Positions 23,833-37,291 of a stretch of DNA of 64,000 nucleotides are shown piece by piece; position 1 is the first letter of the stretch, and each line of letters starts with the position of its first letter. A model generated the notes under the pieces. The model was not told where the DNA came from. It did no database searches and saw nothing but the letters and a program-made list of their open reading frames with translations. The position numbers and the translations under genes were made by a program. Source of the DNA: Podarcis gaigeae (lineage: Eukaryota); assembly GCA_964106915.2 (NCBI GenBank), contig OZ066920.1; one strand, 5' to 3'.

Positions 23833-26519
23833 GTATAGTGGCCCAATTGAAGGTAGTTTTCCTCTGCTTTGCCTCCTGTCTTTTGACCCAAAGGGCATGG
23901 TGGGGCTCTCCACCTTCACATTGCCCAAAACTTCATGTGACTTTGTAAATGCCTGCAGCTTCCTAAAACCAAATGTGTTTAGCTGCTGTTGAATTTAGGC
24001 TAGCTCTAAATTTAAGGCTGGAAGAATTGCTGATAAGCAGGTATAATTGAAAAATGTTTTACCCTGCTTATACATATTAAAGTTCAAGACACAATTCTAT
24101 ATACATCTACTATTTGTGTTTAGTGGTGCTTGCTCCTGGGTAAATGCGCATTTTATTTATCTATTTAGTTCATAAAATTTATAAATTGCTTGATTGTGGG
24201 TGGTTTTTTTAACAAGTTACATACATTACCACTGCAATTAAGACTGCAAATCTTATGCCCAGTTTCCTAGAAGTAAGCCCTTTGAATTTGACTGGATTTC
24301 CTTTTCAATGAACATATAAGATTATGCCGTAAGTTAGCAAATCTAGTCTTTTGCATTTGAGGGCACAGTGTCTTATCAGATCCATTAAAGTCATGCTTCC
24401 CTAGAGTGGCACTGATTTCCAAGCGGTTTCCTCAGCCATCTGCCACAACCTGCTTGCTGAGTAGAGCAATTGAAAAAAACAACAACATGGTTCAGTCTTT
24501 GTGATAGAAAGAGAAAATTGGCATGTGGCATTTCCCAACTGCATTCCTCACAACGCTTGCTCTGGAGTAGTGACTTCAGTATGTATAATGGTATAGAGTG
24601 GTGTAAGTAACTTGAGGACTGTGAGAATATAACCTAATCAGAGATGTTAAGAACCTTGCAGTTTTTTGCTATATATTTTTAATTATGTTGTATAAAAGAT
24701 TCAGGGCTAGCAAGTAAAATAGTGATTTGTCAAGTGGCATATGGTGGGGAGAGAACATATTCTTCAGCTGTTTTTCCCTCCTACACTTTCATTTTGACTT
24801 TCTTCCAAATGGAATTTATACACAATGTCCTCATTAGCTGGTATCTTGAAAAAACAGGGGAAATGTTGCAATAGCAGTTGAGGATTTAGCTTGGATTTGA
24901 AAAAAACACTCTGGTGGTAATGCCAAGATAATTAGCAGCCACAGTAGTTGTGTAACCCTTGATCCACATAAAAGTAACAATGATTCAAGTCATTTATTTA
25001 ATTATACAGCTGTATTTTGAATTGTGAATGCCACCTGTGAGAGGCATCATGCCCGTGATCGAAATGCAGTGCACGAGCTGTTTTGACAGGAACTGAAATG
25101 CAAATTCCAAGGCGGAATTTAAAGACAAAACTGCACAGGAAGTAAATATTTTGAAGAGATGTTTAGTGCAAACATTGCACATTAGTGAAACATAAATATG
25201 AAAGCATAGCCACACTTTTATTGACACTATGTCACTATTTCTTGCAGAAATATAATTTTCTGATCTTTGAGGTTCATAGGCTTATATCCTTTACTATGCC
25301 AGGCCGTGCTGCAGTATGACCATGACAGTGTTAAGTGTCCTTCTCTGGGTAGTAGATATGGATGCTGCTTGGAATTTAAGCTTGAAAGGGAATTTGTGCA
25401 AGCATTGGAAAGTGTTCGGGCAAGTCTGAACAATGCAGAGAAGTGAAGTACTCTGATTATAACTGACTTGTAAATAAGTCCATAAAAGTTAGTATCCTGC
25501 AACCTTGCTTTATTTTATTTTTACTAACCTGCCTCCTAGCAGACTAGTGGTGTGGATGGGTGTTTAAGCCTTCTGCATTTCTGTGCCTGTCCTTCCTCTG
25601 TGGCTAGCATGGAAACCGAACACACTGGCAGAGGACAGCAGGGCAGTTTGTCTCTCCTTCACCAGTGTGCTCATTCATCAGCATAGAATTCCATGCACTT
25701 GCCTGCATGGAATTTTACTGGCCTTTGATGACCAGGTGTGTTCTTAGAAATAAGGATTGAAAGTGGATAGTGTACAACACATCAGAACATGGGTGTGGTT
25801 TATTATTATTAAACAAATTAAAGAGATGGTCGAAATTCCAAATCAAAAAGTCACCATCCAACCACTATCTCTGCTGTTTCTCCTCTACCTGCTTTTGCTG
25901 TAAATTGGAGACCCTGGATGCACCCACAAAATACACAAAACTATGGTTTAACACCCAAGGGTGAGCCTGAGTGACTTGTCAGGCTTGCATGCATTGTTCT
26001 CTTCCGTCATGGTCTTGAGGTACATTTTGGCAGAGTTTAGTTTCACAGAATCCTGGATCGTTACTACATTTGAAACATGGATTCTAATTTAAAACAAACT
26101 GGCAAGTTTCATAACAAGCTGGTGTCAGACTGTGGGTTTGTTCTGCTTGGACTTGTTCTGGCTCATCCATGCCGTGCTAAACCATGCAGACACAGCCTAG
26201 TGCACCTTCCTTCCTTCTTCCATTGTACACCACACCCTTATCTGCAGTCAGCATGCTGTAGTGTTATTTCTTGAGTTAAGAGCCCAGGGTGGTATTCCAA
26301 CAAAGTTTTCCTGAGAGCAGACCTATTGAAATTAATGAACGCAACTAAGGTAGGTCCATTAATTTCAATGGGTCTGCTCTGAATAAAACTTACTTTAGTA
26401 CTTTCCCTGGTGTTTTGTGACTTTGCAAAATGAAGATAGTGCTTTACATGTGTGATTGCTCTATTTTTGTATGTTTTTGGAATTATTTTGTGAAATCATT
26501 CTAATTTTATTTTTTTTAG

Positions 26520-26869
26520 GAATTAAATCAAAGGTGGATGAGCTAAAAGCAGCATACGACCGAGAAGAATCCCCCAACCTGGAGGAGTATGAGCCTAACA
26601 CGGTAGCCAGCTTGTTGAAGCAGTATCTGCGTGAACTTCCTGAAAATTTGCTTACCAAAGAGCTCATGCCTCGCTTTGAAGATGCTTGTGGGAAGAGCCT
26701 GGAGGTTGAGAAATTGCAGGAGTGCCAGCGTCTCCTGAAAGAACTACCAGAGTGTAACTATCTCCTAATTTCTTGGCTGATTGTGCACATGGACCATGTA
26801 ATTGCAAAGGAACTAGAAACAAAAATGAATATACAGAACATTTCCATAGTACTCAGCCCAACTGTTCAG
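26520..26869 (+). CDS. RALBP1: RALBP1 coding exon, RhoGAP domain (GIKSKVDELK...NISIVLSPTVQ)
   Basis: Acceptor ttttttAG, donor GTATGC, 350 nt. Contains the ASLLKQYLRELP RhoGAP signature. Confidence 0.97.
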
Positions 26870-26931
26870 GTATGCGTAATAGGCTCTCTCTTTCCCTACT
26901 CTCCCCCCCCCCTCTCTCTCTATATATATAT

Positions 26932-27195
26932 CAGTGGTTTTCAGACTTATTTCTCTGGGCCAATTTCAGAAAAATAATTTGCTCTTGCCACACTGAATTT
27001 TTAATTGATAAGAAATACATTGGGACACAAAAAGAAGCAACAACTAGCAGTGCTTCATTTTGAAAAGATCTCTGATGCTATACTATACTACACTGGAATG
27101 TTTAGGTGTTTATTTGATTTTCCTTGAATCTTCCCGCCACACTTGCTATCCTTTCCTGCCACATCATGGCATGTCACACTCTTTGAGAACCACTG
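26932..27195. mobile_element. hAT (Charlie-type) MITE
   Basis: TIRs CAGTGGTTTTCAGA / TTTGAGAACCACTG. The TSD is obscured by a (TA)n run. Confidence 0.65.
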
Positions 27196-27440
27196 CCTAT
27201 ATCCCTGCCTACATCCATATGTTGCTGAAGGTAAGCAGAGTTGGGATCTGCGTAGGACGCATATAGAAGCTGTTTTGACTCTTCAAAGGAAGAGGAGATG
27301 TAATTGTAATTAATTGTGAACCAAGCTATCATTTATAGTTGGTTGGGACCAACAAATTAAACTTAATGACCTTCTGGTAGTACCCAGTCACCCTCTTACA
27401 TAATCCAGACCAGTGTGCAACTATCAGAGAGCAAGTGTAC

Positions 27441-27680
27441 AGGAGGAGGAGGAGGAGGAGTTTTGACTTGATATCCCTTAAGGAGTCTCAAAGCGGCTCA
27501 CAATCTCCTTTCCCTTCCTCCCCCACAACAAACACTCTGTGAGGTGAGTGGGGCTGAGAGACTGCAAAGAAGTGTGACTAGCCCAAGGTCACCCAGCAAC
27601 TGCATGTGGAAGAGCGGAGACGCAAACCCGGTTCCCCAGACTATGAGTCTGCCGCTCTTAACCACTACACCACACTGGCT
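27441..27680 (-). mobile_element. tRNA-derived CORE-SINE (Squam3-like)
   Basis: Minus strand reads AGCCAGTGTGGTGTAGTGGTTAAGAGC (A box), then the GTGACCTTGGGCTAGTCAC core and a (CCT)n tail. Highly similar to 45111-45352. Confidence 0.85.
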
Positions 27681-30528
27681 CCACACACACAGTAAAATGG
27701 TACCTGCAAAGTACACAGTTCCAGATGGTGTTCAGGCAAGGGAGCCACGTTAGACACTCCTAAACTGGGACTGTGTCCTCCTCCCCAGCCTCCCAAGGTC
27801 TAGAACAGAATGGATCTTTGTTTTGGTTGAGGGTTTATTTGACATACCCTAAAGTTATACATAATTTACCATTCTTCCTGCAATGGCTCTCATCCATTAC
27901 TTCTGTTCTCTCAATTAGCATTGCAGGGAAAGAAAATTATGCAAACGAAACCCAGCTTTACCAAGCAGCAGCAACTTTTGAGATTTTGAAGCTTAAAACA
28001 GCCATCCTTTCTTTGATATATTTAGTAATGTCTTTACAGTCTTGGATAATTTTGAAATCAGAGGCCACTGTCTTTGGCATCCCAAATGGTTGGCATTTTT
28101 AAGCCTTTTGCCGTGGAGGCATGAGAAAGGGTTGCAGAAAATATACTTTCTAGGTATTAAGTCCCATTGAACATAGTGAACTAACTTTTGAGTACACAAG
28201 GGCTACACTGTTAGTCATAGTTACATATATCAGTATAAAAGCACTAGAACCTGGACTTTTGCTAGGTACTGAGAGCTTAACCACCTGCTACCTTCACATC
28301 TCCAAATTTAGATCACATATGTTGATCTCCTTCCAGAATGAGTAATCACAGTAATCTCATTTTAATTTTATTATTGAATAATGATGCTGTCAAACCAGTT
28401 GTTCAAGTGCTAAACAAGATATTCTGGTTGAAACTCCTTTTGTGCAATGTATCAACTAAAGTCAAGACAAAAATCAAATCATTTGATAGTGTTATACTTT
28501 TTGTTGTTTAAATTTATTCCATTATATCTTTGAATTTCAATTATTCCCAGTTGAGAATTGAAGTCTAGGTAATATTTGTTTTTTAATCTCACTGCCATTT
28601 TTATGTAATCCAATGAGAGAGTGAAACTTTTTTGGCATGTGGATTAGGCAATGTTCTTTGATGTCTTTGCTTTGCTCCATCTCCTTTCTTAGCAGCCAAC
28701 GTAAAATGAATGCAACATGGTATTACCCTGTCATATCTTGTTATATATGTAGGATTAAGTTCAATTAAAGTCATATATTTCTAGACTCCAGATTTTTTCT
28801 GGAAACTAATGTGACAGCTAGATTCCAAAACAAATCAGTTTTCAAGACCATGAACAGTAGTATCTCTTCTCAGTGTATACTTCCTTGTGTTTTTTAAAAT
28901 GACTGACAAGTGATAAAAAATATTTTATGTGTTGAATATTCTTATTATAGGTGGAGAGTTAAAAAGGCATTTTTTAAAAATGTTGCAGGTATTCAAAGTA
29001 CTATGTAAAGACTTCATAGGAAGGATCTCACTATATCAATGCTTTAACCCAGCTGGAGATTCTGGAATTGACAGTATAAAATTTTAGCTAATATTTTGCT
29101 TTCTAAGCGTTCTGACATTTTGGGATTGCAAGATATACAGTTAACACTTCGCCTGGGATCCATTTCTCAGTGCTTAGACTAACAAAGAAGGCTAACAGCA
29201 CAGGGTCTTTATTAAAAAAACCCTGCTCTTGCCTAGTCAATTTTAGGAAGTTTGTGGGAACAGACTGGATGGATGTCTCTGGTTTACTGTTATGTAAGAG
29301 CATCAAACTGAGGCATTAGGATTAGGCTGTCAGAAGTGCACGTTTGACACATCACCTTCATAATCCATTTATATTAAAATGTTGAATAATAGTATTGCTG
29401 CTATTTTACACTTCTAAGCCTATATGTGTATTAAAGATAAGGCAGTCTCTGCCTGCAGACACAACATCTCATATACATCTCATAAAAGGAATGGGAAAGG
29501 GAGAAGTGAGCAAGCATTGGAGCAGCTGTTCCTTCTCTGATCAATGAATTAATCTTCTGTTTTCCATAGTGTTCTTCCTGGGAGGCAGGGGGTGCAGCCT
29601 CTCATTGGTAGAGGCCAGAGTCTTCTTCCCTTTTGTTTTGTAGCACTAGAGCAACTGGTGTTATAATGCAGTTGGTATTGCCTAAATAAGAGAAGTCCAA
29701 TGGTGCCGTTTTATCGTAAAGCCAAATCATGGTGAAAAGAACAAAGGAAAGATTGTCAGAAAGGTTTTTGCAACTTCCCTTTGTGGATTCTTCTACTGTT
29801 CTAGAACTACCTGCCATTTAGTCCATCCTTGGCCTCTTCTCAGAACCCCTCCCATATCAGGCTAATGGAGATAAACTCAAATATTGATTTCAGATCATCT
29901 TCCACTGGAAGAAAATGTACTGCTATTGCAGAGCAGAACACTCTACATTACTCTTAAAGGCAGGTCATGCCAAAAGTTTAAAGGAAAAAGTAAAACAAAA
30001 TAAAACTGTAAGATCATTTACTTAGCCTTTCCTGGATAAAAATTTCTCCTTGCCTGAAGGTTGCAAATGGTCAGACCCCAATGTTTAAATAAAATACTCA
30101 TTTACCAGATTCCTTTGGAGCCTTTACAGTTTTGGAGTTAACAAACAGTAGCAGCAGCCTGGAGTTGTTATTAAAGCCAATTTGGAACTTAATTCTTATT
30201 TGCTGATGGTTACAATTGACATAAATGAGTAACTTGTTTAGGATCAAAGAGTCGGCCATTACATTTCCGCCCAGATAATTGTGTGATTTTTTTTTTTAGG
30301 GGAAACTACGCAATTTTAACATGATTACATTAGATTTTAACATGATTACATTTCAACGGCTAATTATTTTTAAACATGATCTCTGCGTCTTTAGCCTGTT
30401 CAGGAAGTTACAGGAAGGACTATCTTAGGTCTGTTAGAATTATTTAGCATCTGTGCTGTGGATGTTTGCAGACCAAGTGATTAGATAGGAAGATCAAAAG
30501 TAGTAATTTGACTGTTACGTCTTTTCAG

Positions 30529-30690
30529 ATCAGCAATCGTGTCTTGTATGTGTTTTTCACACATGTTCAAGAGTTCTTTGGAAAGGTGATTCTGAAACGG
30601 GTGACAAAGCCTCTACGCTGGTCTAACATGGCAACAATGCCAGCATTGCCTGAAACACAGGAAAGCATCAAAGAAGAAATTAGAAGACAG
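30529..30690 (+). CDS. RALBP1: RALBP1 coding exon (ISNRVLYVFF...EEIRRQ)
   Basis: Acceptor cttttcAG, donor GTTGGT, 162 nt. Confidence 0.95.
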
Positions 30691-31129
30691 GTTGGTGCAC
30701 TTGTACTTTTCTTGGCTCTTTCAGCTGAATTTTTATATTGAAACAGGGCAAATTTCATACTGACCAGACAAGTAATCATACAGGAGAAATTATCTTCATT
30801 TTATAAGAAATAAGTTTGGGTTTTAACATAGGATGTGATACATCTCAACTACAGAGTTGCTTCTCCTACTTCTTTAATAAAAGAGGTGGTGAAGAAGGCT
30901 CCAGAATTTTCTGACTGGAAAGAACTAAAAATGAAGGAGCCTCAAGCTTCCCCTCCCATTGTAGACAATTGTGTGTTGGAGGACAGGGGAATAACACGGC
31001 AGGTTTACACCAGCTATCAACAGCTACTACTCACAATGGCTATGTTCTGCCTCCACTATGCTTCTGAATGCTATTCTGGGATTCACAAGTGGGTAGACTA
31101 CTATTGCGTTCAGATCCCGGTTTTGGGCT

Positions 31130-31208
31130 TCCCATAGACATCTGGTTCGCCATTGTGATATCAGGATGCTGGATGGGCTGATCCAGCAGGCTCTTCTTAT
31201 GTTCTTAA
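31130..31208 (+). mobile_element. CR1-type LINE 3' end fragment
   Basis: ...CAGGATGCTGGA...CTGATCCAGCAGGCTCTTCTTATGTTCTTA, with an octamer-type tail. Confidence 0.6.
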
Positions 31209-31267
31209 AAGTTTTTTTAAGCTTAGAAAGTGAATAATATTGCTGAATATGGTGTGTGTTTTACTAG

Positions 31268-31504
<237 letters not shown>

Positions 31505-32428
31505 TAACATTGTCTTAATCAAAATACCATGCTATCCCTGACAGGGGAGACAGAGCTGTTCTTCCTTTCTCCTATGTAGGCTTTTAACTAGTCTAGTGCG
31601 GGATTGTTTATAGTTTATAGTTCTGATGGATCAAAATGTCTCACAGCGTATTACTTCTTTCCCCCATCCTCAAATAAGAGGCACCCTTTGACCATTGCCG
31701 TCCAGCATAGTTGTCCTTACTTAACACAGCATCAGAGGCAGGGATTCAAGTTCCTTAAACACTGGACACTGCTGCACATCAACAGTGGTTGAATTCCAGG
31801 ATCTCATTATTGGGATCCTTGGTACCCTATCCTGTAATAATGAATGGCCTGGTGTACCAGCATGGTATCTGATAATGATAAAATTGTGTGTATTCCTGAT
31901 ACTTCACTTCTAAAGCGTGCTGAGTTTCTGTTGCAAAGGCATGGAATAGAAATGTTGCACTAGATGACTGCTCTTCTCTTGGGATGCTTACAGTTTCTGG
32001 CTTTCAGTTTCACAGTTTGGTGTTTGAGCTTCTGACAAGGTTACCTTTCAGACTTTTGTTGTAATTGCCTTGGGCTTTATTGGCCAATGCCTTTTGTGTG
32101 GTTAATCATGATATCTTCAGGTATGTGAAAATGTCTGCTTGCCACAGTGCATAAATCAACTGATCTGTCTGCTGGGGGAACCCACAGTCTGCTTGTTCAC
32201 AGAGAATCAAAAGCAGCTGCACAGATTTAACCGCCATCTGTCCTAGAAGGGAAAGCAAGTGATTAACCTGACCCACTAATGCTACTTTAGGAAGTTTGAA
32301 AAAATTCAGATATTTTCTCAGTATAATAACAGCACAAAAACCTCTGTGAGCTCCTGTTTAGATACAATTTCATTTAACCATATGGCTATGTTTGGCAGTG
32401 GCCATTAATCAAGATTTTTTCAATGCAG

Positions 32429-32536
32429 GAGTGTGAAACAAAGATTGCACGAGAGATTGCCAGCCTTTCAAAGGAGGATGTTTCCAAAGAGGAAATGAAT
32501 GAGAATGAAGAAGTTATTAATATTCTGCTCGCTCAG
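32429..32536 (+). CDS. RALBP1: RALBP1 coding exon (ECETKIAREIASLSKEDVSKEEMNENEEVINILLAQ)
   Basis: Acceptor aatgcAG, donor GTAGCT, 108 nt. Confidence 0.95.
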
Positions 32537-32720
32537 GTAGCTTCTGGTGCTGAATGCACTATTTTTTATTTTTCTTCCTCTTCTTCTTCTTCCCCTTTTC
32601 ACTATTCATTAAGGTAACATTTAACTGTTGCCAAACTGCCTTGGAGAGAAACGGACATTCATATTTGAAAGAATTCTTTGATACTTTAAGAATTCTTTGT
32701 TACTTTAATGAAACTTTATA

Positions 32721-32969
32721 CAGTGGGGGGGGGGGAGTATTTGATCCCCTGCTAAATTTGCCCATTTGCAAAAGGATCAAATGTTTATTTCATTCATAAT
32801 GCACATCAATCTCTGACTTTTGTCTTCTGGGTTTCTGGGGGGTTTCCTGTTGTTCTTCTGTCTCTCACAGCTACAATAAACCTACCATTAAAATTATGGA
32901 CTGGTCATTTCTTTGTCAGATGACAAACGGGCATATTTAGCAGGGGATCAAATACTTTTTCTCTCGCTG
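32721..32969. mobile_element. Internally deleted Tc1-like element
   Basis: TIRs CAGTGGGG..AGTATTTGATCCCCTGCTAAAT / ATTTAGCAGGGGATCAAATACT..CGCTG, TA TSD. Confidence 0.85.
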
Positions 32970-34003
32970 TAGGTGCATTCTAATTAAACCTATTGAGCAT
33001 CTGAAAGGTGGGGCAGGGATGGCTAGAAAGATGTCATGCTTAGTTCCAGATGGTCATTATGTTTCTGGTGACCTTGATGAGCACCTGATGAGGCTGGTAG
33101 AACTGCTTGTTCATCCCAAAATGGACCCTTCTTAGCTCAGACCCCTGGCATCCTCACTATTTGGGAGTGGAGGGGGAAGACGGTGATTTCAACCACTGGC
33201 TTCTGAGTTAACAAAGTTGTTACAGAAATGTTGTTAATTCAAGATAACAGGATGCCCTTTCAATAGTTGCTGTATGGGTTAATTTAATGAATTGCTGCCT
33301 TCCAGCAGTCCCTGCAATTTCTGGCACTACACTGGTCATCCCTACTAATGCTACTTGTTCCTCAGCTACCTGTAGGAATCCCATGCCCGTTCTTTACCAT
33401 CTTTGGTTCTTTTTTTATTTCGGGTCATGCACCCCAAAACAGTCCCTTAGGTGCCCAGGTTACACCCACCTCCCCATTATTCTTCCTATGTCTTCTCTTC
33501 ATAAAAAGAGAAAAATGTGGTCCAGGGCAAGGTTATCAAAATACTATAACTATGGTAAGTCAAGTTTAAATCATGCAGTACAGCCCAAACTCCACCAGGC
33601 CATCCTGCATTTGCTTATTCAGGACTTCTGTGGAATGTAGTGCTTCAGTTTTCCACTGGAGCTGAGAGCATTCAAGTGGTTAGGAATCAGGAGAGGAAGC
33701 AGAGCTGCCTAAATGGTGGTTTTGTACACTAAAGAACAAACAGTATATTGAACTTCCTCCCATAAGGTTGTGCAGTTGGTGAGATAAATGTCTGGAAAAT
33801 TATATGGGGAGATGTCTTGGCACGGCGAGCTTTAAGCTTTCTTTCCCTGTCGGCATCCTACCCATCTCTTCCCTTCTCCACCCCCTGCCCAGCAGCCTTA
33901 GAAGCTATAGTTCATGTGTTTAGTCAAGAAAGGAAGGGTAGGAATTGCAGTGTAATATCCCTGATCCATAAACCAAAGGCTTAAGTAATCTAATCTTTTG
34001 CAG

Positions 34004-34125
34004 GAGAATGAGATTTTGACAGAACAAGAAGAGCTGCTGGCAATGGAGCAGTTTTTGCGCAGACAAATTGCCACCGAAAAAGAGGAAATAGATCGCCTCC
34101 AAGCAGAAATAGCGGAAATTCAAAG
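34004..34125 (+). CDS. RALBP1: RALBP1 coding exon (ENEILTEQEELLAMEQFLRRQIATEKEEIDRLQAEIAEIQ)
   Basis: Acceptor ttttgcAG, donor GTAACC, 122 nt, ends in phase 2. Confidence 0.95.
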
Positions 34126-34545
34126 GTAACCACCTCTCTGGAATCAAGCTTTCTGAATTCTAAAATAACATTTTTTAAAGCAATATGCTTGTACTGAAGT
34201 GTGATGGAAGGATAATTACATTGCACCCTTTGGCTATTTTTGACAGCATCATTCTAACACTACACTTTGGCTTGAATCTTAGTAAAATCCAGTAAACTTA
34301 ACAGGCTGTTGAATTTTACCCTATTAACAGAAGTGGTTCTATGTTTTAGTGGTTCTGTAAGCAGCTTCTTGAAAAGTGTTCTAAGTGTAATATTTGAAAG
34401 TATATTTTTAGTCACACTTCTCCATATACAGTATAGCATACAGTAAACATGTATTTGTGCTCCAGATCATGTCCATTATGTGGCAATTGATTAATGCTGT
34501 ATAGCAATCTAGGCAAACAGTGAAGTAAGCTTTCATCTGTTTTAG

Positions 34546-34666
34546 TCGGCAGCATGGTCGAAGCGAAACCGAAGAATATTCTTCTGAAAGTGAGAGTGAG
34601 AGCGAAGATGAGGAAGAGCTACAAATAATCTTGGAAGACTTGCAGAGGCAGAATGAAGAACTGGAG
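34546..34666 (+). CDS. RALBP1: RALBP1 coding exon (SRQHGRSETEEYSSESESESEDEEELQIILEDLQRQNEELE)
   Basis: Acceptor gttttAG, donor GTGAGA, 121 nt. Confidence 0.95.
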
Positions 34667-36214
34667 GTGAGACTGCACTACTGCAAAATATTTATTCATT
34701 GAACTTTCTGTAGAGCTGAGAGGTTTAATCAGGAGAAGGATCAGAATATTTATGGCAGGTCTGTGTATGTCATCTGGAAACACAGCCTCTGATACGCCTC
34801 ATTCTGTCACCTAATGAATCACAACCTGTTTTTGGCAGCCATGAGGTTGTTTTCATTGAAAATGTCCTGAATATATGCAGTTCTGCTACAGTGCTGGCAA
34901 TTTTCAGGGGGGTGGGCAGATAATAGTGGTTAACTCCTTTTTACTAGTTTCCATTGCTTTAGCTTGGGAAATAGAAAAACAATATTGGAGCTACATATAC
35001 AGTATGTTCTTAGGACTAGTGATACATTTCAGCTGAATTGCTGCCTTACTGGTTTGACAAGTATAGAATAGACATTTTCAAATACTGGGTGTGTCTTCAG
35101 ATCTAAAAACATTCTTAATTGCTTTATTATATTTTACAATAACTTGACTATCTTATGTAACTTAATAAATATTAAAATTATAATAAAAAATGTGGAAGGG
35201 TGGACACTTAAAAGATTAAATTATATTGTACTATTGCCACATTTATATTGCAAATTATGACTCTTACCCTTCCTAGTGTTGCTTTTGTAATCTTTAATAC
35301 ACCTTCCCTGCTGTTCTTCACCGCACTGGCAAGGAAGTTAATCTCCATTACTAATGGAAATGATTGTATTATATGCATTTATTTTAGTTACTTTATATAG
35401 TAACTATAATACATAGATATGTGAAATCACAAAAACTACATAAAAACACGTGAAAGAGACTGTTGCCAAAGAACCACTGAATGAACTGGAAATACAAAAT
35501 TCTTCTCTGAAGCTAAATCTTAGATGGGAATTTTTTCGAGTTGTTGATGAGGTCTCTGGATTATATCTTGCTTTGTTGCTATTTCAAAACCAATGCAGAA
35601 ATTAGGAATTTTTGAAGCTTGGGACCTGCAGATAATCCTCTGGCTTCCTATGCATCTCTTCCAAAGCATGCTTCCTTGTGGAAAATTTGAATGCTAACAA
35701 ATTAATTAATTAAACAATTAACTTAGTTGAACAATACAAAATTACAAATATGAATCAGATACCTGATGTAAAGCATCCAAAATAACTTAACCTGCAGAAT
35801 TTCCTAAATAGGGTTTTTGCTCCCTACAAGTTACAGTATAAAAGGTCCTAAATGTTATTAACTACCGATATATCAACAAACCTTTTCAAGTTACTTCAAC
35901 ACAAAAAACAAATCCCAGTATTAAATAGTGGCAAAGGACTGTCTCTTAGGTTAGGTTTTGTAAATGTACTATACTATGTGAGCGGCAGGCAATTTCTTGA
36001 CTCATTGTGATATAATCTATGTGGCTCCCCCTCTGCTCCCCAGTTTTGTATCTGATTGTTAGTTATCAATACGGTAATTAACACAAATATCCTAACCTAC
36101 TTGAAGAGTTGACCAAAACTTTTTAAGTATTTCACCCTTTGAAAATGACATTTAGAAGATTTAAAGTATTTAGAGGATTTAAAGGATTTAGAGTACTCTG
36201 AGTGCTTCATAATA

Positions 36215-36400
36215 CAGTCTTACCTTGGTTTTCAAATGGCTTGGCTCCCAAACAAATCGGCTCCCAAATTGTGAGTGCTCCGGTTTGTGAACGTTTTTCA
36301 GAAGCCAAACGTCTGACACAGCTTCCGCTTGGTTTTTGAACAGTTTCAGAGTCGAATGGACTCCTGGAACAGATTAAGTTTGATAACCAAGGTTCCACCG
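36215..36400. mobile_element. Tigger-like MITE
   Basis: Ends CAGTCTTACCTTGGTTTTCAAA / TTTGATAACCAAGGTTCCACCG, TA on both sides. Confidence 0.7.
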
Positions 36401-36997
36401 TATTATCTCTGTAATCCATTCAGCAACCTTGAAGGTAGGTCACTATTGCCTCCATATTGCAGGTGGAAGAGTGAGGCTAAGAGACAGTGACTCAACTAAA
36501 TCAACCCTGTACTAACTTTCCTGAGAGTAAGCCCCACTGAACCTGAGATTTCACTTCTAGTACAATCTGAACTAGGGATTTGCTTCTCACATTCAAAGCC
36601 ACCATGTTACCTTCATTTTTGTAATACTGCAGGCACATAGTTCAGAATAAAGTGGAAATGCAAACTCTACAAACAAATGTAATTTCCCAGTGAATGCTAG
36701 GGATGAAAGACCCACAATTTTAAACTTGTGATTACTGCAAGGACCTTCTCTAGTGGAGAGGGAGTTAGCAGCATCTTGTGTCGCTGTTAAATCTCCTGTG
36801 GTTATAAATACCCAGTTCCTCCTGGGCTGGATTTTCCACGTGCTTCATTTCTAACCCTTCTCCCATGAACATACTTGTGCCCCTTCCAAGGAAAAGTTAC
36901 ATTGTGTGATGCTCTATTAACGATTCATTAGCTGCATAAGTAGCTGTTTGTAGCTGAAGTGACCCTCCCCCCTCCCTCCCTCTTGTGCTGGATAAAG

Positions 36998-37291
36998 ATT
37001 AAGAACAACCATCTGAACCAAGCGATTCATGAAGAGCGAGAGGCCATCATTGAATTGCGAGTGCAGCTCCGGCTCTTGCAGATGCAGCGAGCAAAATCGG
37101 AGCAGCAGGTGCAGGAAGAAGAGGAGCTTGAGAAACGGGCAGGCGCATCCCAGCAGCAGCAGCAGCAGCCCCAGCCCCAGCCGCCAAGAGAGACTGTCCC
37201 GGAGACAAAAGCAGCAAAAGAGCAGCCAAAGGCAATCAAGGAGCCAGTGAAGCCATCGCCAAGCAAGGAGCGAAAGGAAACACCAATTTAA
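36998..37291 (+). CDS. RALBP1: RALBP1 last coding exon (IKNNHLNQ...KERKETPI*)
   Basis: AAG acceptor after a pyrimidine tract, TAA at 37289-37291. The spliced CDS totals 1992 nt = 663 aa plus stop. Confidence 0.95.
   Translation: MKNNHLNQAIHEEREAIIELRVQLRLLQMQRAKSEQQVQEEEELEKRAGASQQQQQQPQPQPPRETVPETKAAKEQPKAIKEPVKPSPSKERKETPI
37151..37183 (+). repeat. Coding (CAG)6 followed by (CCCCAG)2: polyQ/PQ tract
   Basis: Read directly from the sequence. Encodes QQQQQQPQPQP. Confidence 0.9.

Noticed and set aside
27600-27680. tRNA-like sequence (also at 45280-45350)
   Set aside because: These are SINE heads followed by a CORE region and a simple-repeat tail, not tRNA genes.
33076-33115. CTGATGA flanked by a short inverted repeat, a possible hammerhead ribozyme
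   Set aside because: No stem II or GAAA core in the required arrangement.
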